NCBI GenBank assembly: GCA_028696995.1
Contig: JAQVFY010000002.1
Coordinates: 2,647 to 66,646 of the forward strand
Length of the DNA stretch: 64,000 nt
Source of the DNA: Patescibacteria group bacterium
GTDB taxonomy: Bacteria > Patescibacteriota > Patescibacteriia > Patescibacteriales > UBA12465
Reading direction: 5' to 3'
Under the pieces are notes generated by a model. That model did no database searches. It had not been told where the DNA came from and saw only the letters and a program-made list of their open reading frames with translations. Shown one piece after another: positions 28,197 through 35,461 of the stretch. The position numbers and the translations under genes are program-made. Every line of letters begins with the position of its first letter. Positions within the stretch are counted from its first letter, which is position 1.

Positions 28197-28421
28197 CTAC
28201 CTAGTATCTTTTAATTTACCAGTCTTTCTCAAATATTCGAACTTCTTGCCTAATTCTAATCTAGCTAAGGCTGACTTCTTTAACTGAACACTAGTTTTTT
28301 CTTTTGAATAAGTCCGCTTCTTTTTAAAAGAATCTAATCTTTTATTATTCTTTAGGCTACTTTTAAAACGTCTTAAAAACGCTTCAAAACTTTCACCCTT
28401 TTTCCTCTTTAAATCTGCCAT
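28197..28421 (-). CDS. rpsU: 30S ribosomal protein S21
   Basis: 74-aa basic protein with GESFEAFLRRFKSSLKNNKRL, S21-like. Confidence 0.8.
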   Translation of the reverse strand: MADLKRKKGESFEAFLRRFKSSLKNNKRLDSFKKKRTYSKEKTSVQLKKSALARLELGKKFEYLRKTGKLKDTR

Positions 28422-28520
28422 AAAGACACCTACCTTTCTATTTATAACTCAAAATGAGTCAATCTTAAATAAATTAATATATTAAGTAATATATCACACT
28501 ATTTTATTATTTTCAAGCCC

Positions 28521-29918
28521 CTATTGAGAAATTTCTTTTTCTAAACGACGAACCAAATCTTTTTGAGCAATGATCTCTTGAACACCAGAATCAGTACCTC
28601 TAAATAAAATAGTTCCCTCATTTAATTCTTTTTTTCCTAAAATTAATACTATTTTAGCTTTAAAAACTCGAGCTTCTTCTAATTGATCTTTTAAACCATC
28701 AAGATGAAAAGCCTGCTTAACATTAAATCCTTTGCTTAATAATTCTTTAAATAAAAACATCGATTTAGCTTTAGCGCAAGCGTCAATTTGAGCTAAAAAA
28801 ATAACATCTTTATCATCAGAAATAAATAAATTATTTTCTTTAGATTTAATTAAAGTTCTCTCAATTCCACCACTAAAACTCAAAAAGGAAATATCTTTGT
28901 TGGCCAAACAAGAAAAAAGACTATCGTAATGCCCTCCACGTCCCAAAGCAAGCTTAGAATTTAGTTCTCCATTTTTATCAATAGGCCAAATTTCAAAAAT
29001 AAGGTCATTATAATAACCCAAATCTTTTACTAAATAAGGATTAAAATTATAATTAATATCCATCTCATCTAAAAATTCCATAGTTTTATAAAAACGAGCA
29101 TTAGAATCCTCAGATAAAAAGTCGATAATTTGAGGCATATCACTTCTAACTTTCAAACAACCCTCTTCCTGACATTCTAAAAGTAAAGCTGGAGATTTTA
29201 TAATATTTTTTTTACATTCATTACAAAGTTTACTTCGACGACCACGCTCCTTTAAAAATTTAGAAAATTTATGCAAGAAATCTTTTTGACATTCAGAATT
29301 ACCGAGACTATTTATTTGAACTTGTACATCAATTTGTAATTCTTTAAAAATATTGTAAATTAAAAAAATCAAAAAAGCATCAGAAACTGGTTTAGAATCG
29401 TTTAAAATACTAAAATTAAATTGATTAAATTGACGATATATTCCACCTCTAATTTTCTCTTGACGAAAAACTGGACCTAGAGCAAAAAGTTTAATAGGTT
29501 TTTCTAAATTATTCAAACCTCCGTGATCGACAAAAGCTCTAGCTAAACCATGAATTAAATCGGGACGTAAAACTATTTTTTCGAGACTCTTCTGCTCAAT
29601 CTCAAAAAGAATTTTTTTCTTATCTTTATTAAAAATTTTTTTATACAAACCAGCATCCTCAATAATAGGATATTCCACTCTAGAAAAACTATAGCAATTT
29701 GCAGTTTCTTCGATCTTTTTTAAAATTGGAAATAAAAATTTATAATCAAAAGCTGAAAAATCTTTAGTTCCTAGAAGACGAAAAAAACTAGCTGAATTTT
29801 TTTTAGTTTTATTTTTATCAGTTTTAATTCCTTTCTTAACTGATAATTTCTTAGGAATATTTTTTTTAGTATTATTGCTAACTATTTTCTTTTTTCTACC
29901 CATATTTTTAATTAACAA
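28521..29918 (-). CDS. hisS: Histidyl-tRNA synthetase with lysine-rich N-terminal extension
   Basis: Class II motif 2 (FRQEKIRGGIYRQFNQFNF), LRPDLIHGLARAF, motif 3 region (GRGGHYDSL) and a C-terminal anticodon-binding domain. The first 45-50 aa are K-rich and low-complexity. Confidence 0.8.
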   Translation of the reverse strand: MLIKNMGRKKKIVSNNTKKNIPKKLSVKKGIKTDKNKTKKNSASFFRLLGTKDFSAFDYKFLFPILKKIEETANCYSFSRVEYPIIEDAGLYKKIFNKDKKKILFEIEQKSLEKIVLRPDLIHGLARAFVDHGGLNNLEKPIKLFALGPVFRQEKIRGGIYRQFNQFNFSILNDSKPVSDAFLIFLIYNIFKELQIDVQVQINSLGNSECQKDFLHKFSKFLKERGRRSKLCNECKKNIIKSPALLLECQEEGCLKVRSDMPQIIDFLSEDSNARFYKTMEFLDEMDINYNFNPYLVKDLGYYNDLIFEIWPIDKNGELNSKLALGRGGHYDSLFSCLANKDISFLSFSGGIERTLIKSKENNLFISDDKDVIFLAQIDACAKAKSMFLFKELLSKGFNVKQAFHLDGLKDQLEEARVFKAKIVLILGKKELNEGTILFRGTDSGVQEIIAQKDLVRRLEKEISQ

Positions 29919-29935
29919 ATAAAATTTGTTATATA

Positions 29936-30499
29936 TTAATTATTGAAATTATAAATATTAGAATACTTAAATAAAGTTAAGCGACTAAAGGGCCAACCAC
30001 GAAACAAAACCTTCCCAGTAATAAAACTATCTTTTAAAGGGCCAAAAGTTCTAGAATCTTTGGAGGCATAACGGTTATCCCCTAAAACAAAATATTCGTC
30101 TTCACCCAAGGAAATAAGCTCATCAACTAGACTATAAGTTTTAACGCTATCAGATAAATAAAAACCTTCATCTAATTTAAAGCCTGTAGGATTATCAGAA
30201 TTATAAATAAAAATTTCTCCATCAATCATTTTGATTATTTCTCCAGGTAAAGCTACGACTCTTTTAATAAAGTATTCTTGAGGATTTTGTGGATAACGAA
30301 AAACAATCACCTCACCTCTTTGAGGTTTATTAAAACGATAAGATATTTCATCAATAATTAAATATTCATGATCATGAAAAGTCGGCTCCATAGAAGCTCC
30401 TTTAACATAAAAAGGTTGAATGATAAAATACCTAATTGGTAATATTATAATTAATGATATTACTACAACTTTCAATAATTCAAAAAAGTTTTTCAACAT
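29936..30499 (-). CDS. lepB: Signal peptidase I
   Basis: N-terminal TM helix, GASMEPTF (catalytic Ser), KRVVALPGE (Lys) and GDNRYASKDSR. Confidence 0.85.
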   Translation of the reverse strand: MLKNFFELLKVVVISLIIILPIRYFIIQPFYVKGASMEPTFHDHEYLIIDEISYRFNKPQRGEVIVFRYPQNPQEYFIKRVVALPGEIIKMIDGEIFIYNSDNPTGFKLDEGFYLSDSVKTYSLVDELISLGEDEYFVLGDNRYASKDSRTFGPLKDSFITGKVLFRGWPFSRLTLFKYSNIYNFNN

Positions 30500-30592
30500 A
30501 AGAAGGGCAATTTAAACGAATATTAATATCCGAAAAAATAAAATAATTTTTAAATATTATATTTGATATGTTAACAAAAATTAACTTAAAAA

Positions 30593-31666
30593 TCAAATAA
30601 TCAACATTGCATCGCCATAACTAAAAAATCTATAATTTTCGGCAATAGCTTTTTTGTAGATATCTAAGGTTTCTTCTCTACCAATTAATGCACTAATCAT
30701 CAATAATAGGCTTGATTTGGGTAAATGAAAATTGGTTATTAAACTATCAACAATTTTAAATTGATAACCGGGATAAATAAATATATCAGTGGAAAAATTA
30801 ATAGCTTTAGAAACCGCATGCCAACCTACAAGGTTAGCTATACGCGAGGGATCCAAGATCTTCTTAAAAAGACTTTCTAATATGCGGGCTGAAGTTGTGC
30901 CAACGGCAATAATACGTCTTCCCTCTTTTTTGGCTTGAATTATCTTTTGTAAAACCTCTAAAGAAATTTCGACCTCTTCACTATGCATTTGATGCTCCCT
31001 AATATCTTCAGTCTTAATTGGCAAAAATGTTCCTAAACCGACATGCAAAGTCCCCTCTAATATTTCTACGCCTTTTCCTTTTATTTTCTTCAATAATTTT
31101 TCAGTAAAATGAAGACCAGCCGTCGGAGCGGCTGATGACCCCAATTTTTCATCATTAGCATAAATAGTTTGATAATTTTTAATATCATTTTTATTCTTTT
31201 TATCTCTTTTAATATAAGGAGGTAATGGAGTTTGTCCAATTTTTTCTACAATCTTAATAAAATCATCATATTTTTGATCAAAAGAAAGGTGCCAAACATC
31301 ATCCTTTTTTTCTATAACCTGAGCTTTTAAATTTTTAATCAAATCTAATTCTAACCCAGGGCGAACTTTCCCGCCAATTAAACACTCCCAAGTATTTTTT
31401 TTCTTATCAATGTTTTTCAATAAAAAAATTTCTATTTTTCCACCTGTTTTTTTATAAGCTTCTAAGCGAGCTGAAAAAACTTTGGAATTATTTACAAATA
31501 AAATATCACCGGGGTTTAGATAATCAATAATGTCATAAAATTTTTGATGTTCAATTTTTTTGTTCTCTCTATTGTAAATTAAAAGACGGGAATGATCCCG
31601 CGGGTTGACTGGCTCTTGAGCGATAAGCTCTTTTGGCAGATTGTAATCGAAATCGGATAATTTCAT
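30593..31666 (-). CDS. queA: S-adenosylmethionine:tRNA ribosyltransferase-isomerase
   Basis: MKLSDFDYNLPKELIAQEP is a canonical QueA start. The C-terminal YRFFSYGDAMLI also fits. Track ORF (TTG 31699) trimmed to ATG 31666. Confidence 0.9.
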   Translation of the reverse strand: MKLSDFDYNLPKELIAQEPVNPRDHSRLLIYNRENKKIEHQKFYDIIDYLNPGDILFVNNSKVFSARLEAYKKTGGKIEIFLLKNIDKKKNTWECLIGGKVRPGLELDLIKNLKAQVIEKKDDVWHLSFDQKYDDFIKIVEKIGQTPLPPYIKRDKKNKNDIKNYQTIYANDEKLGSSAAPTAGLHFTEKLLKKIKGKGVEILEGTLHVGLGTFLPIKTEDIREHQMHSEEVEISLEVLQKIIQAKKEGRRIIAVGTTSARILESLFKKILDPSRIANLVGWHAVSKAINFSTDIFIYPGYQFKIVDSLITNFHLPKSSLLLMISALIGREETLDIYKKAIAENYRFFSYGDAMLII

Positions 31667-31682
31667 AGAATAATAAAACCAA

Positions 31683-31781
31683 ATCCATAAATTAGGCAAA
31701 ATTTATGGATCGATAATCCATAAATTTGTCAAATTTTATGGAGTGGCAATCCATAAATTAGGGTAAATTTATTCTTTTTGA
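31683..31781. repeat. Three tandem 33-bp units, each an inverted-repeat site ATCCATAAATT-N6-AATTTATGGAT
   Basis: ATCCATAAATT starts at 31683, 31716 and 31749, an exact 33-bp period. Units 1 and 2 carry the partner half-site AATTTATGGAT / ATTTTATGGAG; unit 3 is degraded (AAATTTATTC). Confidence 0.8.
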
Positions 31782-31822
31782 CTAAATTTGAGGTATTCTG
31801 GACTAAATATTAATGTTTTAAT

Positions 31823-32818
31823 CTATTCAGACTTTAGGTGCTTAATAGCTTTATCGGTAGCAATTCGTCCACGAGGAGAACGATCTAAAAAACCAATTTG
31901 CATTAAATACGGCTCATAAACATCTTCAATAGTGGCCATATCTTCTCCAGTAGCCGCAGCCAAAGTATTAATCCCAACTGGTCCTCCACCAAATTTTTCA
32001 ATAATAGTATTTAATATTTTTCTATCGACATAATCCAGACCATATTCATCAACATTTAAAATTTCAAAAGCTCTTAAACAAATTTCCTTATCAATAACTC
32101 CACGACCTTCCACTTCTGAAAAATCGCGAACTCTTTTAAGTAAACGATTAGCGATACGGGGAGTACGTCTCGATCTTTCGGCTATCAAATTTCCAGCCTC
32201 ACCTTCTATTTCGATATTTAAAATTCCAGCACTACGATTTATAATTTTATGGATATGATCGTGTTCATAAAAATCCAAGTGATGAATAATGCCGAATCTA
32301 TCGCGAAGTGGAGCTGATAACATACTCGCTTTAGTTGTTGCCCCAATGATTGTAAATTTTGGTAAATCTAAACGCAAAGTTCGTGCCCCCGGACCTTTAC
32401 CCATTATCAAATCTAAAGCATAGTCTTCCATGGCAGGATATAGAATTTCTTCAATAGCTTTATTAAGTCGATGAATTTCGTCAATAAATAAGATATCGCC
32501 TTCACTTAGATTAGTTAAAATTGCTGCTAAATCGCCACTTTTTTCAATAGCTGGACCAGAGGTTACTTTTATATTTGCCTTTAATTCATTAGCTAAAACA
32601 TGAGCTAAGGTTGTTTTACCTAAACCCGGAGCCCCATAAAACAAAACATGCTCAATGGGTTCATTGCGCTTCAGGGCGGCTTTGATGGTAATATTTAAAT
32701 TAGTTTTAACACCATCTTGGCCAATGTATTCGCTAAAAGACTTGGGGCGTAAGCTCAAATCAAAAGCCTTGTCGCCATTAGTCTCACTTGGATTTATAAT
32801 TCTATCGTTTTCGTTCAT
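31823..32818 (-). CDS. ruvB: Holliday junction branch-migration helicase RuvB
   Basis: [13 protein letters not shown] Walker [25 protein letters not shown]. Track ORF (TTG 32917) trimmed to ATG 32818 (MNENDRI). The extension is an F/I/L-rich readthrough of AT-rich DNA. Confidence 0.95.
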   Translation of the reverse strand: MNENDRIINPSETNGDKAFDLSLRPKSFSEYIGQDGVKTNLNITIKAALKRNEPIEHVLFYGAPGLGKTTLAHVLANELKANIKVTSGPAIEKSGDLAAILTNLSEGDILFIDEIHRLNKAIEEILYPAMEDYALDLIMGKGPGARTLRLDLPKFTIIGATTKASMLSAPLRDRFGIIHHLDFYEHDHIHKIINRSAGILNIEIEGEAGNLIAERSRRTPRIANRLLKRVRDFSEVEGRGVIDKEICLRAFEILNVDEYGLDYVDRKILNTIIEKFGGGPVGINTLAAATGEDMATIEDVYEPYLMQIGFLDRSPRGRIATDKAIKHLKSE

Positions 32819-32919
32819 AAAATAGAATCTATTATTAATAAAAAACAAAAAAGAATAATTAATAAAAAATATTAATAATACTAACCTTATAATAACACTA
32901 AATAAGGTCTTAAACAATC

Positions 32920-32948
32920 TTGACTTTTTTATAAAATAATGATAATAT
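32920..32948 (+). promoter_or_regulatory. Candidate promoter for ORF 33097
   Basis: TTGACT (32920-32925), 17-nt spacer, TAATAT (32943-32948). Confidence 0.35.
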
Positions 32949-33008
32949 TACCTATTAAAATTAGTTCCTTGAAAAACATTGGTTTTTCTTGATGAATACA
33001 GAAAAATT

Positions 33009-33061
33009 AGGTTAATTTTTAAGTTTATTTAAGAAATTTATTTAAATTTAAAAATTAACCT
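33009..33061 (+). promoter_or_regulatory. Perfect 14-bp inverted repeat in the leader of ORF 33097
   Basis: AGGTTAATTTTTAA (33009-33022) and TTAAAAATTAACCT (33048-33061) with a 25-nt spacer. The repeat ends 36 nt before the ATG. Confidence 0.45.
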
Positions 33062-33096
33062 GATTATCAATAATATCAACCAAAAAAGAAAAAACC

Positions 33097-33936
33097 ATGA
33101 AAAAAATTATCAGGTCTTATTTTCTCGCCTTCGCTGAAGAAACGGGAAGAAAAAATTTTGTTTTTTTTATCGTTTTAATTATAGTAGTCTTAATTTTAAT
33201 GCTATGCAATCACAGCATCATTAATAAAGACTATCTTGATCAAAAAGATATTCTAATTTTTCTGCTCGCATTTGGGATACCAATACTTAATTACATTTTA
33301 TGTAAAAAGGTTAAATCAATTTTTATTTCCATGCCACCGTATGAGAATGCCCGACATGACAGCGCTACAATTCAATTAATTATTCAACAGATAATTACTC
33401 AACGGGAAGGATCCAGGATTATATTCAAACAAAAAAGGGAGAAAATAAAATTCAACAAACCAATTTGGGGTAAAGGTATCATTAAGAAACTAAAAACTAC
33501 TGACCAACAATCAAACTGGACATGGAATGATGTTGAAACAATGGAAGAAAATATTCTAGTGATTAAAACCAAAATCTCTGGAAGATGGAAAAACTCCACC
33601 ATTGAAATCCCGGTAAAAATAAAAATTCAAACCAACAAAGACTTTAATCCCATCGAAGTTTTCGACAAAATTCAATCTCCGGACGACCAGGAAGTGGTGC
33701 ACCTGCCGAAATACTTCCGGCATATTTTTAAAAACATAAACGAAAAAAATCAGGAAAAAATCCAAAAACTAATTACAGATTACGCCGAAATGAAAATTTC
33801 TGAATCAATTTTGATTAGTGAAGTCATCGACCTCCTGATTTTCCCGGAAAGACCTTTTTCTAATGTGAAGAATGTCCAAATATGTCTAGAGGCTCCAGAA
33901 GCCTCATCCTGCAAAGGAATGGTCTGCGGAAAATAG
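33097..33936 (+). CDS. Hypothetical membrane protein (two N-terminal TM helices)
   Basis: 279 aa with no recognisable motif. The 3-prime half is visibly richer in G+C than the 5-prime half. A clean terminator follows. Confidence 0.5.
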   Translation: MKKIIRSYFLAFAEETGRKNFVFFIVLIIVVLILMLCNHSIINKDYLDQKDILIFLLAFGIPILNYILCKKVKSIFISMPPYENARHDSATIQLIIQQIITQREGSRIIFKQKREKIKFNKPIWGKGIIKKLKTTDQQSNWTWNDVETMEENILVIKTKISGRWKNSTIEIPVKIKIQTNKDFNPIEVFDKIQSPDDQEVVHLPKYFRHIFKNINEKNQEKIQKLITDYAEMKISESILISEVIDLLIFPERPFSNVKNVQICLEAPEASSCKGMVCGK

Positions 33937-33947
33937 CAACAAAAACA

Positions 33948-33973
33948 AAGGAAGCCAATGCGCTTCCTTTTTT
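33948..33973 (+). terminator. Intrinsic terminator of ORF 33097
   Basis: AAGGAAGC, loop CAATGC, GCTTCCTT, followed by a T-run (33968-33973). Confidence 0.7.
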
Positions 33974-33978
33974 AATTA

Positions 33979-34044
33979 AAGTGTCTAAAAAAATATTACT
34001 TTTATAACATCGGATGTCGAAAAAGACATTACTTTTATGACATC
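33979..34044. repeat. Two tandem 33-bp units (26/33 identical)
   Basis: Unit 1 (33979-34011) is AAGTGTCTAAAAAAATATTACTTTTATAACATC. Unit 2 (34012-34044) is GGATGTCGAAAAAGACATTACTTTTATGACATC. Compared base by base by hand. Confidence 0.75.
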
Positions 34045-34048
34045 TACC

Positions 34049-34067
34049 TACTGTCTAAACTCACAAA
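34049..34067. repeat. Left copy of exact 19-bp direct repeat TACTGTCTAAACTCACAAA
   Basis: Identical to 35463-35481, which is the stop codon plus last codons of the helicase-nuclease gene read on the opposite strand. Confidence 0.85.
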
Positions 34068-34248
34068 AAATAATGGTAATTATTTTCTTGGCCCACTAAA
34101 TCAAGCTAAGAAAAGGAAAAATAATAAAAAGAAAAGAGAAAAAGGAGAAAGAGAGAACTCTCAACCAGCGCTAAAGCACTGACTGAGTAAGGAATATTGA
34201 TTATTAAACCCAACTTCGTCGCGTTTTGTACGACTACAGCGAAGTAAA

Positions 34249-35292
34249 TCAATTCTGAAGACAGCGAACTGAAAAACCGTAGATCTGATCATTACTACTA
34301 GTGTTAATAACAGCGTGACCAGAGAGAATATAGTGATCCCAAGCACCAGATCCCTCAACCGAAGACGACCAAAAGAGAGCATAGTCAGCAATACCATCAA
34401 AAAAACCATCGGCATCGCGACCACCAGCTGATAAGGCCGTGAAACCAGATTCATTAGTAGCTCCAGTATTAGGAGAATTCCAGTGAGTGGTTCCAACTTC
34501 TTTCATTTTGCCTCCAGCTACTAACGTTCCCCCTAAATAATTAATCAAAGTAACCCATTCGGAGTTAGATGGTATATGCCATCCTGAGGGACAAATTCCT
34601 TGATTTAGCTCAGTAGTAATTCCACACATAGATTGAGTCCATTGATATAATCCTCCATAAATATCACAATTACCTTCTAAATTATTATAACAATATTTTT
34701 CTATATTAGCACAACTTGTTCCCTGATCGCTAGAACCGTTCACCATAGTACCAATATTTAAATTTTTAGCCATCCAACATTGAGTACCAATCTGAACCGT
34801 AGGATAAAAATTTGAATCTCGAGAGTCTATTAAATTATCGCCGCAAGCCCAGGGGGTTAGAGTGGTTATACCACTAGGGCTAGCGACTTTAACCCCTTCG
34901 CCCAATCCTCCGACCCCTGATCCTGTACAGAATGTTATAGTATAAGTTGAACCGTCGGTTGATTCATAAATATAATTATTATCACTTTCAATACATTCTC
35001 CGTCTTGAGGAGTTGGGGCGGTTGGTACTGTTGCCATATAGGTTACTCCGGCTGTAGCAATAAAACTATCTATTTCCCCAGTTAAAGGATATGTTCCGTG
35101 ATCGCTTATATATAAAGATAAGGCTGTTTGAATTTGTCTAATATCAGCCATTCTTTTAAGATCTCTAGCGCGACCTCGAGCATTCTGTAAAGATACTACG
35201 GCAAGAGTTGCTAAAATACCGATAATAGCGATTACCACTAATAACTCTATTAGTGTAAAAGCGAGTTTATTAGATTTAAATTTTTTAAACAT
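34249..35292 (-). CDS. Type IV pilin N-terminus fused to a Fibrobacter succinogenes major paralogous (FISUMP) domain
   Basis: MFKKFKSNKLA then FTLIELLVVIAIIGILATLAVVSL. C-terminal motifs: QCWMAKNLNIGT, GGLYQW, CPSGWHIPSNSEWVTLINYLGG, AGGKMKEVGTTHW, NESGFTALSAGGR, ALFWSSS, GFSVRCLQN. Confidence 0.8.
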   Translation of the reverse strand: MFKKFKSNKLAFTLIELLVVIAIIGILATLAVVSLQNARGRARDLKRMADIRQIQTALSLYISDHGTYPLTGEIDSFIATAGVTYMATVPTAPTPQDGECIESDNNYIYESTDGSTYTITFCTGSGVGGLGEGVKVASPSGITTLTPWACGDNLIDSRDSNFYPTVQIGTQCWMAKNLNIGTMVNGSSDQGTSCANIEKYCYNNLEGNCDIYGGLYQWTQSMCGITTELNQGICPSGWHIPSNSEWVTLINYLGGTLVAGGKMKEVGTTHWNSPNTGATNESGFTALSAGGRDADGFFDGIADYALFWSSSVEGSGAWDHYILSGHAVINTSSNDQIYGFSVRCLQN

Positions 35293-35461
35293 AAATTCTA
35301 TTTTTATTTATATATAATGATAAAATTTCTCTTGTCACTCTCGCAAAAGCAGAAAACCAAACACCTACCGAGTATTAATAAAATCCTCGATTTAATCACA
35401 TATAGCCTTCGGCTACGCGACTAGTAAGGATGACGATAAAAAATAATAAATCGAAATAGCT

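Noticed and set aside
32819-32917. N-terminal extensions of track ORFs: ruvB 32819-32917, queA 31667-31699, ndk 52776-52856, tpiA 1238-1315, rny 10286-10342
   Set aside because: Most of these extensions begin at TTG codons. They translate AT-rich intergenic DNA into F/I/L/N/K-rich strings, and they precede an ATG that matches the conserved family N-terminus. The queA extension also runs into the 33-bp repeat array.
33399-33765. Two minus-strand ORFs (33399..33602, 33556..33765) antisense to the hypothetical gene 33097..33936
   Set aside because: They are shorter than the plus-strand ORF, which has a promoter candidate and a clean terminator. They show no signals or motifs. The plus-strand call itself is only moderate confidence.
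31683-34044. Possibility that the 33-bp-period repeats (31683-31781 and 33979-34044) are tiny CRISPR arrays
   Set aside because: The repeat units abut one another with no unique spacers. There are only 2-3 units and no cas genes in the window. Each unit of the first array is itself a palindromic site, which fits protein binding better.
34161-34496. 111-aa minus-strand ORF overlapping the 3-prime end of the pilin-FISUMP gene in another frame
   Set aside because: It has a TTG start and an out-of-frame overlap with a motif-rich CDS. No features of its own.
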